Positions 18,976-28,422 of a stretch of DNA of 64,000 nt are shown here, one piece after another. The position numbers were made by a program, and so were the translations under genes. Source of the DNA: Candidatus Nanoarchaeia archaeon (GTDB lineage Archaea; Nanobdellota; Nanobdellia; Woesearchaeales; GW2011-AR4); assembly GCA_035293285.1 (NCBI GenBank), contig DATDOM010000093.1, positions 36,495 to 100,494 of the forward strand. The letters run 5' to 3'. Position 1 is the first letter of the stretch. Each line of letters opens with the position of its first letter. The notes beneath the pieces were generated by a model that saw nothing but the letters and a program-made list of their open reading frames with translations, had not been told where the DNA came from and did no database searches.

Positions 18976-19737
18976 TCAAATTTTCTTCCCAACAAAAATA
19001 AACCCGCCCGAAAGAACTCTCTTAAGAATTCCCCTGTAATAATCATCCTCTTCCTTGTTCAAAAAAATCTTTTTCACTATTTTTAGCCCTGCATTTTCAA
19101 AAAGCGAGCGAAATTCATCAAAGCTGAACCAGTGCATATATGTTTTATTCAGGATTTTGCTGTGATAAAAATAATAATCTCCAATTTCTAGGTCTTTTTC
19201 CCTAAAAAAATAAGTCTTGAGAAGCCAGGAGTACATGTCAGGCTCTTTTATCCCTGCTAATCTGTTATGAGCATGGACAATAACAAATCCATTTTTTTTT
19301 GCAACCCTGAAAAGCTCGTTCATTGACTTTTGTCTTTTGGCTTTAGTCGGAATGCATCCAAAGCTTGAATACATCGAAATAACATAATCAAATGAATCAC
19401 TTTTTATTTTCGACAAGTCTGAAATGTCATAATTGTAAAGAACTGCCTTTATCCTGTTTTTCTTCAGGGTTTTTGCAGATACTTTAATCATGAATTTATT
19501 ATAGTCATTGCCATAAACCTTAAACCCTTTTTTGGCAAAGTGCACCAAATGCCTGCCTGTTCCCATTGTTGCATCAAAAAGCGATCCCTTTTTTCTTAGC
19601 AAAGAATCAAGAAACCTTGTGTCAAAGTCAAAATGCCCTTTCACATCTTCTTCATAATCAAGGTAGTTTTCTGCGTATTCCTTGCTGTTTTTTTCCCGCC
19701 TGACTGCATTTTCAATCCTCTTACTCAGCTTTGCCAT
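18976..19737 (-). CDS. Class I SAM-dependent methyltransferase
   Basis: LFDATMGTGRH, SFDYVISMYSSFG. Confidence 0.85.
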   Translation of the reverse strand: MAKLSKRIENAVRREKNSKEYAENYLDYEEDVKGHFDFDTRFLDSLLRKKGSLFDATMGTGRHLVHFAKKGFKVYGNDYNKFMIKVSAKTLKKNRIKAVLYNYDISDLSKIKSDSFDYVISMYSSFGCIPTKAKRQKSMNELFRVAKKNGFVIVHAHNRLAGIKEPDMYSWLLKTYFFREKDLEIGDYYFYHSKILNKTYMHWFSFDEFRSLFENAGLKIVKKIFLNKEEDDYYRGILKRVLSGGFIFVGKKI

Positions 19738-19739
19738 TC

Positions 19740-20537
19740 TTAGAAATTAAGCAAATCCTTTTTTGAATGTATGTGCATTTCCTTTTCAGAGCTTAAGTGC
19801 CCGTTTAGAAACCCTTTCTCTGCAAGTAGTGGAAAAACGTCAAACTCGAGGCTTGCGCCGCTGTAATCAAAGATATGGGGCTCAGTCACAAAAATAGGGG
19901 AAAAGACAAGATAGATGTCTGATTTTTTTGGCTTTTGGGTAAATGCAAGGACTTTTGAGCCTTCAACTTTCACAGTGCCTTTCTCGCTTGGCCTGGACGA
20001 TGTTGTAAGCATTATTGTTGTTATTGCACCCTGCCTGACGTGGTCATTCCAAAGCTGCTCTACATTGATTTTACTGAATATGATGTCTCCATACACTACC
20101 AGAAAATTTGAATTTATTTTTCCTTTCAAAAGCCGTAATGAGTCTGCAGTTCCTTTTGACGACTTTTCCTCAATGTAGTTAATCTTTACGCCGTATTCAT
20201 TGCCTTCTTTTAGCATCTCAAAAATTCTTGTAAGCAGGTTATGCCTGGCAACTATGTAGATTGTCTTAAAGTTAGTCTCGCGCAGTTTTTTTAGGGCAAG
20301 CTCAATCACCGAGGAATTTTTTATTTTTGCTGTGGGCCTGTATTCATCGCCTGAAATCCTCAAGTGGCCTTCGTCGCCTCCAAGCAAAATAACTGCAGTC
20401 TTGTTCTCGCCTAGCGAGTTATTGACAAGATGCTCGATTGCCTGCGAGCGGTTTCTGATGTATATGTTGTCGACAATTGCGTCTATATCCCTTAAAGTGT
20501 TCTCGTTTATTGTTATTGATATTTTTGACTTGACCAT
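19740..20537 (-). CDS. Ribbon-helix-helix domain fused to a degenerate sugar-phosphate nucleotidyltransferase domain
   Basis: KISITINE.TL..ID.....NRSQAIE (RHH); AVILLGG, GTADSL, FLVVYGD (NTP transferase fold). Confidence 0.8.
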   Translation of the reverse strand: MVKSKISITINENTLRDIDAIVDNIYIRNRSQAIEHLVNNSLGENKTAVILLGGDEGHLRISGDEYRPTAKIKNSSVIELALKKLRETNFKTIYIVARHNLLTRIFEMLKEGNEYGVKINYIEEKSSKGTADSLRLLKGKINSNFLVVYGDIIFSKINVEQLWNDHVRQGAITTIMLTTSSRPSEKGTVKVEGSKVLAFTQKPKKSDIYLVFSPIFVTEPHIFDYSGASLEFDVFPLLAEKGFLNGHLSSEKEMHIHSKKDLLNF

Positions 20538-20660
20538 TTTATTAATCTTAAATCTTTTGACTTTTTCTTAAACCCTTCGCTTCGCTCTATTATCTTCACT
20601 CGGCAAATTTTGACTAGCACTAAAATTTGCCTCGATTTATTACACCAATTTCAATTAACT

Positions 20661-20722
20661 TTCGCTCCAATGAAGGCGAATGTGCGAATTGCTAACAATG
20701 TATGCCGAGCAATTGGCGAGGC
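20661..20722 (+). repeat. Family A structured repeat, copy A2
   Basis: ttcgc...gcgaa hairpin plus acaatgtatgccgagcaattggcgaggc. Confidence 0.75.
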
Positions 20723-20895
20723 CTATCTAAAAGTCGTCACAAAGACGGCTTATTTAACTCATAATTTGTCCTAACTTAAAAACCCAAATACGACGGATTT
20801 AAACTAATTCTAAACCTACAAATTAAATTTCAAAATTGGTGGCATAAAGTAGGATAATGGTAAGATATTTAAATACATTGTGCATTTTCAGGTGC

Positions 20896-22197
20896 ATGAA
20901 AATAGCAGTGGCGGGGGCAGGGTATGTCGGGCTGGTTACAGCTGCGTGCTTTTCAGAGCTTGGAAACAATGTAATCTGCGTTGACATTGACAAGTCAAAG
21001 ATAGACAAGCTTAACCATAACAAGATTCCTTTCTATGAGCCTGGGCTTGACAAGCTTGTTGCAAAAAACAAGAAGGCAAAGAAACTAAGCTTTTCAACAA
21101 ACTTAAAAGACGCAATAAAAAAATCAGAGGTAATATTCATCTGCGTCGGAACTCCTCCAAAGGACAACGGCGAAGCTGACCTAAGCTATGTCGAGGATGT
21201 TGCAAGGACAGTTGCCGAAGTAATGGATTCATACAAGATAATTGTTGAAAAAAGCACGGTCCCTGTAAAGACAGGCGAAAAAGTTGCAAAATCAATCAAG
21301 GCCTATAATGTTCACAAGGTTGATTTTGACGTCGTGAGCAATCCTGAATTCTTGCGAGAAGGCAGTGCAATCGGGGATTTCATGAACCCTGACAGGGTAG
21401 TCCTGGGATGTGAAAGCGAAAAAGCAAAAAAAATACTTCAAAAGCTTTACAAGCCGCTTAATGCAAAGATTATTTTTACCGATATCAAGAGCGCGGAAAT
21501 CATAAAGCACGCTTCAAACTCGTTTCTTGCAACAAAAATCTCGTTCATCAATGCAATTGCAAACATATGCGAGCTTGCAGGCGCTGACATTGAAAAAGTT
21601 GCAGAGGGAATAGGCTGCGACAAAAGAATAGGAAAGTCATTTTTGAACGCAGGGATAGGATACGGCGGCTTTTGTTTTCCAAAAGATGTCGAGGCGTTTA
21701 TCAGAATTTCTGAAAAGATGGGATACGACTTTAATCTTTTAAAGGCAACACAGGAAATAAACAAGAACCAGGTAAAAAATTTCATCAAAAAGATTGAAAA
21801 GGCACTCTGGATTGTAAAGGGCAAAAAGCTTGCAGTCTTGGGGCTTGCATTCAAGCCGAACACTGATGACATGAGATTTGCACCGTCAATCGATATAATA
21901 AATGAGCTTTCAAAAGAGGGAGCAATAATAACTGCATATGACCCAAAGGCAATGGAGCTTGCAAAAAAAATATTTAAGGGAATAAACTACTCAAAAAACC
22001 CTTATGACGCTTTAAAAGATGCCGACGCAGTTCTTATACTAACGGAATGGGAAGAATTCAAAAAAATGGATCTTTCAAAAGTGAAAAAACTCATGAAGCA
22101 CAACCTGATTGTTGACGGCAGGAATATTTACAATCCGGAAGAAATGAAAAAACTCGGATTTTCTTACATAAGCATAGGAAGAAAGGAAGTGGCCTGA
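20896..22197 (+). CDS. ugd: UDP-glucose 6-dehydrogenase
   Basis: GAGYVGL, NPEFLREG, GYGGFCFPKD, GLAFKPNTDD; start MKIAV at 20896. Confidence 0.93.
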   Translation: MKIAVAGAGYVGLVTAACFSELGNNVICVDIDKSKIDKLNHNKIPFYEPGLDKLVAKNKKAKKLSFSTNLKDAIKKSEVIFICVGTPPKDNGEADLSYVEDVARTVAEVMDSYKIIVEKSTVPVKTGEKVAKSIKAYNVHKVDFDVVSNPEFLREGSAIGDFMNPDRVVLGCESEKAKKILQKLYKPLNAKIIFTDIKSAEIIKHASNSFLATKISFINAIANICELAGADIEKVAEGIGCDKRIGKSFLNAGIGYGGFCFPKDVEAFIRISEKMGYDFNLLKATQEINKNQVKNFIKKIEKALWIVKGKKLAVLGLAFKPNTDDMRFAPSIDIINELSKEGAIITAYDPKAMELAKKIFKGINYSKNPYDALKDADAVLILTEWEEFKKMDLSKVKKLMKHNLIVDGRNIYNPEEMKKLGFSYISIGRKEVA

Positions 22198-22928
22198 TGG
22201 AAGCGATAATACTCGCTGCAGGATATGCAACAAGGCTTTATCCACTCACAAGAGACACTCCAAAGCCGCTTTTGAAAGTTGCAGGAAAGCCAATAATTGA
22301 GCACATCATAGGCAAGATTGAACAAATAAAAAACCTGGGCAGAGTCCACATAGTCACAAACGACAAGTTTGAAGGTAATTTCAAAAGCTGGCTTTCATCA
22401 TTTGAAACAAATATCCCAATTTCTATTTATAACGACGGCACAAAGACGAATGAAGACAGGCTTGGGGCAATCGGAGACATACAGTTTGCACTTGACAGCA
22501 ATCAAATTGATGATGACATTCTTGTAATTGCCGGAGACAACCTTTTTGAGCTTTCGCTTGCTGATGCCGCAAATTATTTTAAGAAAAAAAAATCAAACGT
22601 TATAGTGCTTTATGATGTCAAAAGCAGTGAGCTTGCAAAGATGTATGGTGTTGTTGAGACAGAAAACGGAATTGTTGCCAATTTTGAGGAAAAGCCATTG
22701 GCGCCAAAATCAACGCTTGTCTCGACAGGAATCTACTTCTTTACAAAAAAGACAGTGCCTTTAATAAAAAAATACCTTTTGCAGGGAAACAGCGCTGACA
22801 AAAGCGGCAGCTTTGTCGAATGGCTTCACAAAAGGGACAAAATTTATACATTTTCAACCGACAAAAAATGGTTTGACATAGGTGATTTGGAGCAGCTAAA
22901 ACTTGCGGACAGGACTTACAGGCAATGA
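22197..22928 (+). CDS. Sugar-phosphate nucleotidyltransferase
   Basis: [28 protein letters not shown]. Confidence 0.9.
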   Translation: MEAIILAAGYATRLYPLTRDTPKPLLKVAGKPIIEHIIGKIEQIKNLGRVHIVTNDKFEGNFKSWLSSFETNIPISIYNDGTKTNEDRLGAIGDIQFALDSNQIDDDILVIAGDNLFELSLADAANYFKKKKSNVIVLYDVKSSELAKMYGVVETENGIVANFEEKPLAPKSTLVSTGIYFFTKKTVPLIKKYLLQGNSADKSGSFVEWLHKRDKIYTFSTDKKWFDIGDLEQLKLADRTYRQ

Positions 22929-23860
22929 AAATGAAAAATGTTGTTGTAACCGGCGGCGCAGGATTCATAGGAAGCCACCTTTGCGAATTTCTTCTGGATA
23001 AAGGGCACAAAGTTACTGCTGTTGACAATCTCATAACCGGCTCATTGAAAAACATTGAGCATTTAAGGTCAAACAGGAATTTTAATTACATTCACCATGA
23101 TGTGAGCAAGCACATAGTTATTGACGGGAAAGTTGATTTAATCATGCATTTTGCAAGCCCTGCAAGCCCTATTGACTACCAGAAAATTCCAATCCAGACA
23201 TTAAAAGTAGGGAGCCTTGGAACGCACAATTCGCTTGGACTTGCCCTTGCAAAAAAGGCAAAATTTCTGCTTGCATCAACTTCAGAAGTTTACGGCGACC
23301 CTCTTATCAATCCGCAGGTTGAATCATACTGGGGAAATGTCAACCCTGTCGGATTAAGGGGCTGCTATGATGAGGCAAAAAGATTTTCTGAAGCATTGAC
23401 AATGGCTTATCACAGGATACATAAACTGGACACAAAGATTGTGAGGATTTTCAACACTTACGGCCCAAGGATGAGAAAAGAAGACGGCAGGGTCGTTCCA
23501 AACTTCATAATGCAGGCATTGCAAAACAAGCCTCTTACTGTTTATGGCAAAGGAAAGCAGACAAGAAGCTTTTGCTATGTGAGCGACTTAATTGACGGAA
23601 TTTACAGGCTTGCAAACTCAAGGCTAAACAATCCTGTAAACATTGGAAACCCTGAAGAGCACACAATACTTGAATTTGCGCAAATAATTAAAAAAATGAC
23701 GAAAAGCAAATGCAAAATTAAATTTGAAAAGCTTCCCCAGGACGACCCTCACGTAAGATGCCCTGACATAACCCTTGCAAAAAAAGAGCTCAAGTGGGAG
23801 CCAAAAATAACATTAAACGACGGCATATCAAAAACCATAGAATGGTTCAAAAACAACTAA
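22925..23860 (+). CDS. UDP-glucuronate decarboxylase (UDP-xylose synthase)
   Basis: [40 protein letters not shown]. Confidence 0.9.
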   Translation: MKMKNVVVTGGAGFIGSHLCEFLLDKGHKVTAVDNLITGSLKNIEHLRSNRNFNYIHHDVSKHIVIDGKVDLIMHFASPASPIDYQKIPIQTLKVGSLGTHNSLGLALAKKAKFLLASTSEVYGDPLINPQVESYWGNVNPVGLRGCYDEAKRFSEALTMAYHRIHKLDTKIVRIFNTYGPRMRKEDGRVVPNFIMQALQNKPLTVYGKGKQTRSFCYVSDLIDGIYRLANSRLNNPVNIGNPEEHTILEFAQIIKKMTKSKCKIKFEKLPQDDPHVRCPDITLAKKELKWEPKITLNDGISKTIEWFKNN

Positions 23861-24147
23861 AAGCGGAAAAATCGAAAGCCAGGGCAGTCTCGTCATTTGT
23901 GCTCGGGCTTGGGTTCTGGATACCTCTTCTTAATTTCATACTCGGCGCGCTTGCGGTTTACCACGGAATGAAGGCACTGCGTAACATAAAAAATGAGCCC
24001 AAAAAATATTCAGGAAAGGCTTTTGCAGTAACTGGAATAATTCTTGGCTGCTTGGTTTACTTCCTTTACCTTGTAGGAATTGGAATGTGCCTTTACGGGT
24101 TTAGGGATGTGTGCAGCAACATAGGGCTTGAATTTTTGAATAAATGA
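23842..24147 (+). CDS. Small membrane protein (DUF4190-like)
   Basis: [28 protein letters not shown] pattern. Confidence 0.65.
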   Translation: MVQKQLKAEKSKARAVSSFVLGLGFWIPLLNFILGALAVYHGMKALRNIKNEPKKYSGKAFAVTGIILGCLVYFLYLVGIGMCLYGFRDVCSNIGLEFLNK

Positions 24148-24162
24148 GACAAAAGAATTATC

Positions 24163-24813
24163 TTATTTCTTCTTAGGCACTTTTTCCCAGTCTTCGAGGA
24201 ATTTCTTTATTCCTGAATCAGTCAGGGAATGGCTAAAAAGCTGCTCAAACACTGAATAAGGCAAAGTTACAATGTCTGCGCCTATTTTTGCGGATTCAAG
24301 AACGTGGACAGGATTTCTGATTGATGCTACAAGTATCTGTGTAGTGAACTTGTAATTATTGTAAATGAGCCTTATATCCTTTATCAAATCCATCCCGTCA
24401 AATCCCTGGTCATCCAATCTTCCAACAAAAGGGCTTATGATAAAAGCGCCTGACTTTGCTGCAAGGAGAGCCTGGTTTGCAGAAAAGCACAAAGTTACAT
24501 TAACTCTTATGTTTGCCTTTGTGAGCTTTTGGCATGCTTTAAGGCCTTCAACAGTCAACGGGACTTTCACAATTATGTTTTTTGCAATCTTTGCAAATTC
24601 CTTTCCTTCTTTCACCATGCCGTCGCAATCAAGTGCTACAGCTTCTGCGCTCACAGGCCCTTTTACAATTGAGCATATCTCTTTGAGAGCTTCGTTGTAA
24701 TCACGCCCTGCCTTCATAATCAGTGACGGGTTTGTTGTGACGCCGTCCAAAACTCCCCAATCTGCCACTTTTCGAATTTCATCTGTTTTCGCTGAATCAA
24801 TAAAGAGCTGCAT
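24163..24813 (-). CDS. tal: Transaldolase (short Fsa/TalC type)
   Basis: [34 protein letters not shown]. Confidence 0.92.
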   Translation of the reverse strand: MQLFIDSAKTDEIRKVADWGVLDGVTTNPSLIMKAGRDYNEALKEICSIVKGPVSAEAVALDCDGMVKEGKEFAKIAKNIIVKVPLTVEGLKACQKLTKANIRVNVTLCFSANQALLAAKSGAFIISPFVGRLDDQGFDGMDLIKDIRLIYNNYKFTTQILVASIRNPVHVLESAKIGADIVTLPYSVFEQLFSHSLTDSGIKKFLEDWEKVPKKK

Positions 24814-24828
24814 TTTAACTCACCTTTG

Positions 24829-25851
24829 CTAATTTTCTTTTAAAATACCATTAATACCGTTTTCATTCTTCCTTTCCTTGTAATCATGGTATTTAAGTAA
24901 TCTTTCTCGTCTTTGCTTATTTATCCTATCTTTATTTCTATGATAATAATCCTTGTTTATAATATTTACTTTTTCTTTATTTAAAACCCTTCTTTTCCTC
25001 ATACTTTCTCTGCCACTTTGACGAGATTTTTGAGGATTGTTCCAATAGTAATCAACCCTCTTTTTGTTTATAATAACTCTATGAGACTCCCTATATTTCT
25101 TGGCCCTATTCAATGCTTTATTGTGATTAGTGTAATACCACTCCTTCCTGATGGTTTTGTATCTTTTATCTTCGCTTTCCATTAATTCTTTGTTTTTCTG
25201 TGAGTAATGTCCTAATTTATAAACCATGGATTTCGGAACAAAATTTTTCATTAAATTAAGAAATTTTTCAGTTTCATTTTTATTAAAAGTTAATTTATAA
25301 TAAGTCCTATATTCATTTCGGTATTTCTTGATTTCTTTAATGACTTTTGCACTTATGTTCCATTTCTTCAAAAAATACTCTTTAATTAGTAAATTCTCTT
25401 TTTGAGTAAATCCTAAAGTTGCTATTGAGCAGGATTTATCCCTTACACAATAGGTTCCATCATCACAGTACCAAACAGCGAGACCTAATTTATCCAAGTT
25501 TTCCAAAAAATCAAGATTTATAATTTTTAGCCATTTTCTTCTTGGCAGTTTGGATTTAATATAAATTAGGTTATGCAATTCTGTTAAGATTTCAGAATAA
25601 TTAGTTCGAAGTCTATATATAAAATATTTTTCCCCATTTTTTCTGTAACTGTAATTAACTTTGAAATATTGTTTTAAAATATCGACTTTCCAGAAAAAAT
25701 ATTCTTTTTGTTTTAAATTGTGGCAGCATGAAAAACCTGCATTTTTGGAGCCTTTTTCCAAGCAACCGTCGCCAAGCAAGCTGCCTAATAAAACTTGTTT
25801 TACATCCTCACTAATGCTAAACCATCCTAATTCAATTTTTTGATTGCGCAT
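24829..25851 (-). CDS. Free-standing LAGLIDADG endonuclease with C-terminal basic helical repeats
   Basis: VLLGSLLGDGCL and LAVWYCDDG motifs; visibly AT-richer than neighbours. Confidence 0.85.
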   Translation of the reverse strand: MRNQKIELGWFSISEDVKQVLLGSLLGDGCLEKGSKNAGFSCCHNLKQKEYFFWKVDILKQYFKVNYSYRKNGEKYFIYRLRTNYSEILTELHNLIYIKSKLPRRKWLKIINLDFLENLDKLGLAVWYCDDGTYCVRDKSCSIATLGFTQKENLLIKEYFLKKWNISAKVIKEIKKYRNEYRTYYKLTFNKNETEKFLNLMKNFVPKSMVYKLGHYSQKNKELMESEDKRYKTIRKEWYYTNHNKALNRAKKYRESHRVIINKKRVDYYWNNPQKSRQSGRESMRKRRVLNKEKVNIINKDYYHRNKDRINKQRRERLLKYHDYKERKNENGINGILKEN

Positions 25852-25906
25852 TTAAGTCCGAAGCCTAAGAATTAGTTTAAATATTATAGGTGAAGATGTC
25901 CAGTGG

Positions 25907-26266
25907 TTATTTTTTGAGTTTTCTTTTATAATAAATATTTTTACCGAACCAACTTATTTTTTTAATCTCAAATTCTAGTAATTTATCACCCTTTATTGCC
26001 AAAAAGAGTCCTTCGTATAAATCATCGACATATTTTGAATATTGATTATTTGTATAGATTATATAAATTAAAAAAAGGTAAGCTATGATAACTATCCAAG
26101 AGTTTAATGCTTCTGGTTTGATTAAACCTACAGAAAACACGAATACAATTATGCCCCCTATAATTCCCAACCTTTGATAAAAACCGCTTGTAGACCAATT
26201 ATCAAGTGATTCTATGTATTTATGCCTTAATTCCATAATGAGCTTCTCTTTATCTTCTTTTTTCAT
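25907..26266 (-). CDS. Hypothetical two-TM membrane protein
   Basis: Two hydrophobic stretches; AT-rich. Confidence 0.6.
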   Translation of the reverse strand: MKKEDKEKLIMELRHKYIESLDNWSTSGFYQRLGIIGGIIVFVFSVGLIKPEALNSWIVIIAYLFLIYIIYTNNQYSKYVDDLYEGLFLAIKGDKLLEFEIKKISWFGKNIYYKRKLKK

Positions 26267-26287
26267 TATTTCACTTAATTCTTTCCA

Positions 26288-26716
26288 TTAAACGCTTACC
26301 AGTACCGCGCCACCGACAATGAGAAGCGCGCCCGAAATCACCCTTATCATCTGGGAAGCGTCAGGAATCTCTTTTAAAAAAATTATGCCAAGAACGACTG
26401 CAACCAGTGTGTTTGTGTTGTAAATCGGTGCAAGCCGCGAGACATCTGCTTTTTGAGATATTGCAATAGCCACAGCCAAAAATCCTATTGCCCAAAGCAT
26501 TCCTGCACCCAAAGCAAGTGAGCTTGATTTCCATTCAAACTCAAAATTCCGGTTAAAGAGCATGAAAACGCCAAATACAATTACAATTCCAAGGCCCATG
26601 AGAAAGCTCCCATAATACGGCGACATATTGCCTTTTTGCTGGGCGAATTTGTAAATTACAGTGTTTATGCCAAAGACAAGTGCGGCAAATAATCCATAAT
26701 AAACCCAGTTTTCCAT
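26288..26716 (-). CDS. EamA/DMT family transporter (single repeat)
   Basis: Five hydrophobic helices; VSRLAPIY..LVAVVLGIIFLKE..GALLIVGG. Confidence 0.85.
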   Translation of the reverse strand: MENWVYYGLFAALVFGINTVIYKFAQQKGNMSPYYGSFLMGLGIVIVFGVFMLFNRNFEFEWKSSSLALGAGMLWAIGFLAVAIAISQKADVSRLAPIYNTNTLVAVVLGIIFLKEIPDASQMIRVISGALLIVGGAVLVSV

Positions 26717-26810
26717 AACTCTCTAAGATTACTGGTTGGATTTAAAGGTTTTGATAAGTATTTACCTTACTTAGAATTTAATAATCTTAAATACGCTCCG
26801 CGAAAGATAG

Positions 26811-26986
26811 GCGGCCTGCATTGGGCCGCATATACGGATGAATCAAAGTTACATTGAAATTGTTTGATTCATCCTGACGTTTAGACACATAAAACCTAAC
26901 TGAAGAATAGTGTGTCTAAACGCATTAAGTTGATTCGTTGCATTGCGAAGGTTGCTTCTTGGAATTAGTTAAAATCTGAAAGCAAT
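26811..26986. ncRNA. Candidate multi-hairpin non-coding element, unidentified
   Basis: Stems 26811-26829, 26836-26847/26863-26874 (12 bp perfect), 26878-26889/26911-26922 (12 bp perfect). Confidence 0.4.
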
Positions 26987-26991
26987 TTAAT

Positions 26992-27061
26992 CTCGCCCAA
27001 ATGGGGCGAGTTGTGCGGGTTATGCGCACAATGTATGCCGAGCTAAATGGCGAGGCGTAAC
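26992..27061 (+). repeat. Family A structured repeat, copy A3
   Basis: Near-identical to A1, with a compensatory pair in the first hairpin. Confidence 0.85.
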
Positions 27062-27152
27062 TATAATCAAAATTATTTTAGTTATTTAATGTAGGTCTTA
27101 AATAAACTCTAGATTATTTAAAGTTGTAATTTCAATATTTTAAAAATAAAAT

Positions 27153-28100
27153 TCAAGCTTTTCTCTTAACCAATTTTTCAGTCTCTTCTGCGATTGAATC
27201 TGCGCTTAAGCCGTATTTTTTGTAAAGTTCAGTTGGATTTCCTGATTCTGCGTATTTGTCCATAACACCAATTCTTTTCATTATGCACGGATAGTTTTCA
27301 CCCAGTACCTCGGCAACCGCGCTTCCAAGCCCTCCTATTATGTTGTGGTCTTCAGCAGTTATCACGCAGTTTGTTTTTTTTGCAAGCTCGATTATAAGTT
27401 CTGAATCAATCGGCTTTATCGTTGAGACGTTTACAATGTAAACATCAAGACTTCTTCCTTTTAAAATATCATAAGCTTTCAATGCCTCGTGAACCATTGT
27501 GCCTGATGCAAAAATGACTGCATCTTTTCCTTTTTTGAGAACTTCAGCTTTTCCTATTTCAAATTTGTAATCATCACCGTGTATTACAGGAACTGCTGTC
27601 CTGTGCACTCTCATGTAAGAAGGGCCGTTGTAATCAGCCAATCCCAAAACCATTTTTTCAGCTTCTACAGCATCAGCAGGCTGAAGCACAATCATATAGG
27701 GAAGGGAGCGGTAAATTGCAACATCTTCAATTGCCTGTGCGCTCTTGCCGTCTTCGCCAGTTGCAATTCCTGAATGGCTTCCGGTTAATTTAACGTTAAT
27801 CTTGTTTCTAGCGACAATGTTTCTGACAAACTCAAAAGCCCTCTCAGAGAACACTGCAAATGTGCTTGCATAAGCTATTTTTCCTGACTGTGCAAGTCCT
27901 GCGGCAACGCCTATCATATTCTGCTCGGCAATTCCCATGTGAAAATACCTGTCAGGAAATTCCTTTCCAAACAATTCTGCCTTTGTTGAGTCTCCCAAAT
28001 CAGCATCTACAACAACGACATTCTTGTTTTTCTTTCCAAGCTCAAGCAGGCCCTTACCGTGCCCGTCCCTTGTTGCAATTTTTTTTATTTCTTCCGGCAT
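27153..28100 (-). CDS. Transketolase, C-terminal subunit
   Basis: ATRD, DADL..ST, GIAEQNM, GEDG.S.Q..ED, EDHNIIGGLG. Confidence 0.92.
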   Translation of the reverse strand: MPEEIKKIATRDGHGKGLLELGKKNKNVVVVDADLGDSTKAELFGKEFPDRYFHMGIAEQNMIGVAAGLAQSGKIAYASTFAVFSERAFEFVRNIVARNKINVKLTGSHSGIATGEDGKSAQAIEDVAIYRSLPYMIVLQPADAVEAEKMVLGLADYNGPSYMRVHRTAVPVIHGDDYKFEIGKAEVLKKGKDAVIFASGTMVHEALKAYDILKGRSLDVYIVNVSTIKPIDSELIIELAKKTNCVITAEDHNIIGGLGSAVAEVLGENYPCIMKRIGVMDKYAESGNPTELYKKYGLSADSIAEETEKLVKRKA

Positions 28101-28113
28101 TTAAGTTTCCCTA

Positions 28114-28419
28114 TCAGAAAATTTGTTTTACGTGACCTACACTAAATGCAGACACTATTGGTGATGTAGTTTTAAATTTCTCCCTTTCAACCATGTATTT
28201 TAGATTAGAGCCCTGCATGTTTTTAATGAGGTCATCAATTTTTATTATGTGCACCATCTGATTTTCCTTTATAACTATTTGCAAATCAAATTCTTGCTTA
28301 TCCAACTCATTCTCCACCGGGCAAATTTTCTTCACTTTAAATCCCCCGGCTATATGGTTCCGGATATGATATACTGAATTTGATTTGGTTATTGCAAAAA
28401 TGTCATTCATTATTTTCAA
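28114..28419 (-). CDS. Hypothetical protein between transketolase subunits
   Basis: ORF fills the gap; start uncertain; no motif recognised. Confidence 0.5.
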   Translation of the reverse strand: MKIMNDIFAITKSNSVYHIRNHIAGGFKVKKICPVENELDKQEFDLQIVIKENQMVHIIKIDDLIKNMQGSNLKYMVEREKFKTTSPIVSAFSVGHVKQIF

Positions 28420-28422
28420 CCC

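Noticed and set aside
20797..20811. 15-bp match atttaaactaattct to the LAGLIDADG upstream region
   Set aside because: AT-rich and TATA-like; such matches are plausible by chance, and ACCACTGGACAT is absent
25889..25909. gtccagtggtta as a tRNA D-arm
   Set aside because: No anticodon arm, T-arm or acceptor pairing follows in either copy
26811..26990. SRP RNA or RNase P RNA
   Set aside because: I could not find the SRP helix 8 motif or RNase P GAGGAAAGUCC-type motif on either strand
18872..27061. Family A as integron attC sites
   Set aside because: GTT precedes AAC, the reverse of attC order; copies do not consistently follow co-oriented ORFs; no IntI seen
26785..27104. tcttaaata direct repeat around the structured region
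   Set aside because: Low-complexity TATA-like 9-mer with no adjoining inverted termini
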